Origin: a virus
IMG/VR virus record: IMGVR_UViG_3300006033_000003
DNA: 60,871 nt
Direction: 5' to 3' (one strand)
The translations under genes were made by a program, and so were the position numbers. The notes beneath the pieces were generated by a model. That model was not told where the DNA came from and did not search any database. It was given only the letters and a program-made list of their open reading frames with translations. Within the stretch, counting starts at the first letter, position 1. Each line of letters begins with the position of its first letter. Below are positions 60,776 to 60,871 of this stretch, in pieces.

Positions 60776-60871
60776 GGATGGCTACTGAACGCATTGACAT
60801 AGTCATCACTGAACGAGGTTCCCGGGTTGTTCAGCGGAACCTCCAGGACATCGGAGGGACGGCCCGGGCCG
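60752..60871. repeat. terminal overlap, exact copy of 1-120
   Basis: See feature 1-120. Confidence 0.95.

Noticed and set aside
1-60871. Search for tRNA/rRNA genes, an integrase, a repressor-antirepressor switch, attP, toxin-antitoxin pairs, reverse transcriptase/DGR, and transposases.
   Set aside because: No cloverleaf-capable sequence was seen in the few intergenic gaps. No tyrosine or serine recombinase, RT or transposase motifs were seen in any + strand ORF. The only HTH proteins (31827, possibly 20156) lack a divergent partner. The phage therefore looks obligately lytic, with the caveat that this rests on reading by eye.

Overview
The window is a complete, circularly closed tailed-phage genome. 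About 60.75 kb is unique, and the first 120 nt recur exactly at 60752-60871. By eye it is high-GC, roughly 60%. Every credible gene (about 85 CDS) lies on the + strand, and many are translationally coupled through ATGA/GTGA start-stop overlaps. The long minus-strand ORFs in the track are antisense shadows of a GC-rich genome.

Two paralogous AT-rich iteron/inverted-repeat islands (12498-12813 and 45811-46140) split the genome into two halves.
- Half 1 (12.9-45.8 kb) holds replication, nucleotide metabolism, DNA modification and accessory genes. It encodes an SNF2 helicase, a RecD/Dda-like helicase, a class II RNR, a family A DNA polymerase, a prim-pol/SF3 helicase, dCMP deaminase, an HD nucleotidase, a MazG-like NTPase, several nucleases, a T4 endonuclease V homologue, and about 25 small ORFs of unknown function.
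- Half 2 (46.3 kb, through the junction, to 12.5 kb) holds packaging and virion genes. It encodes terS/terL, portal, Mu F/SPP1 gp7-like head protein, scaffold, major capsid, a lysis cassette (nested Rz/Rz1 spanins, M15 endolysin, holin), neck proteins and the major tail protein. It continues with a G/GT chaperone pair that has a GGGAAAC -1 slip site, the tape measure, a lambda M/L/K/I-J-like tail tip, and fibres.

The most notable content is a contiguous cluster at 20.1-28.1 kb. It contains two aGPT-pyrophosphorylase-like enzymes, a PLP enzyme, an SPL-like radical SAM enzyme, a P-loop kinase, a thymidylate-synthase homologue and an HD nucleotidase. This matches the logic of post-replicative thymidine hypermodification known from phages phiW-14, SP10, ViI and M6.

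A family of recurrent TATACT promoters and several GC-rich hairpin terminators punctuate the single-strand gene array. I found no tRNA, rRNA, CRISPR array, integrase or obvious lysogeny module. The spanins imply a diderm (Gram-negative) host. All functional calls rest on motifs read by eye; no database search was possible.
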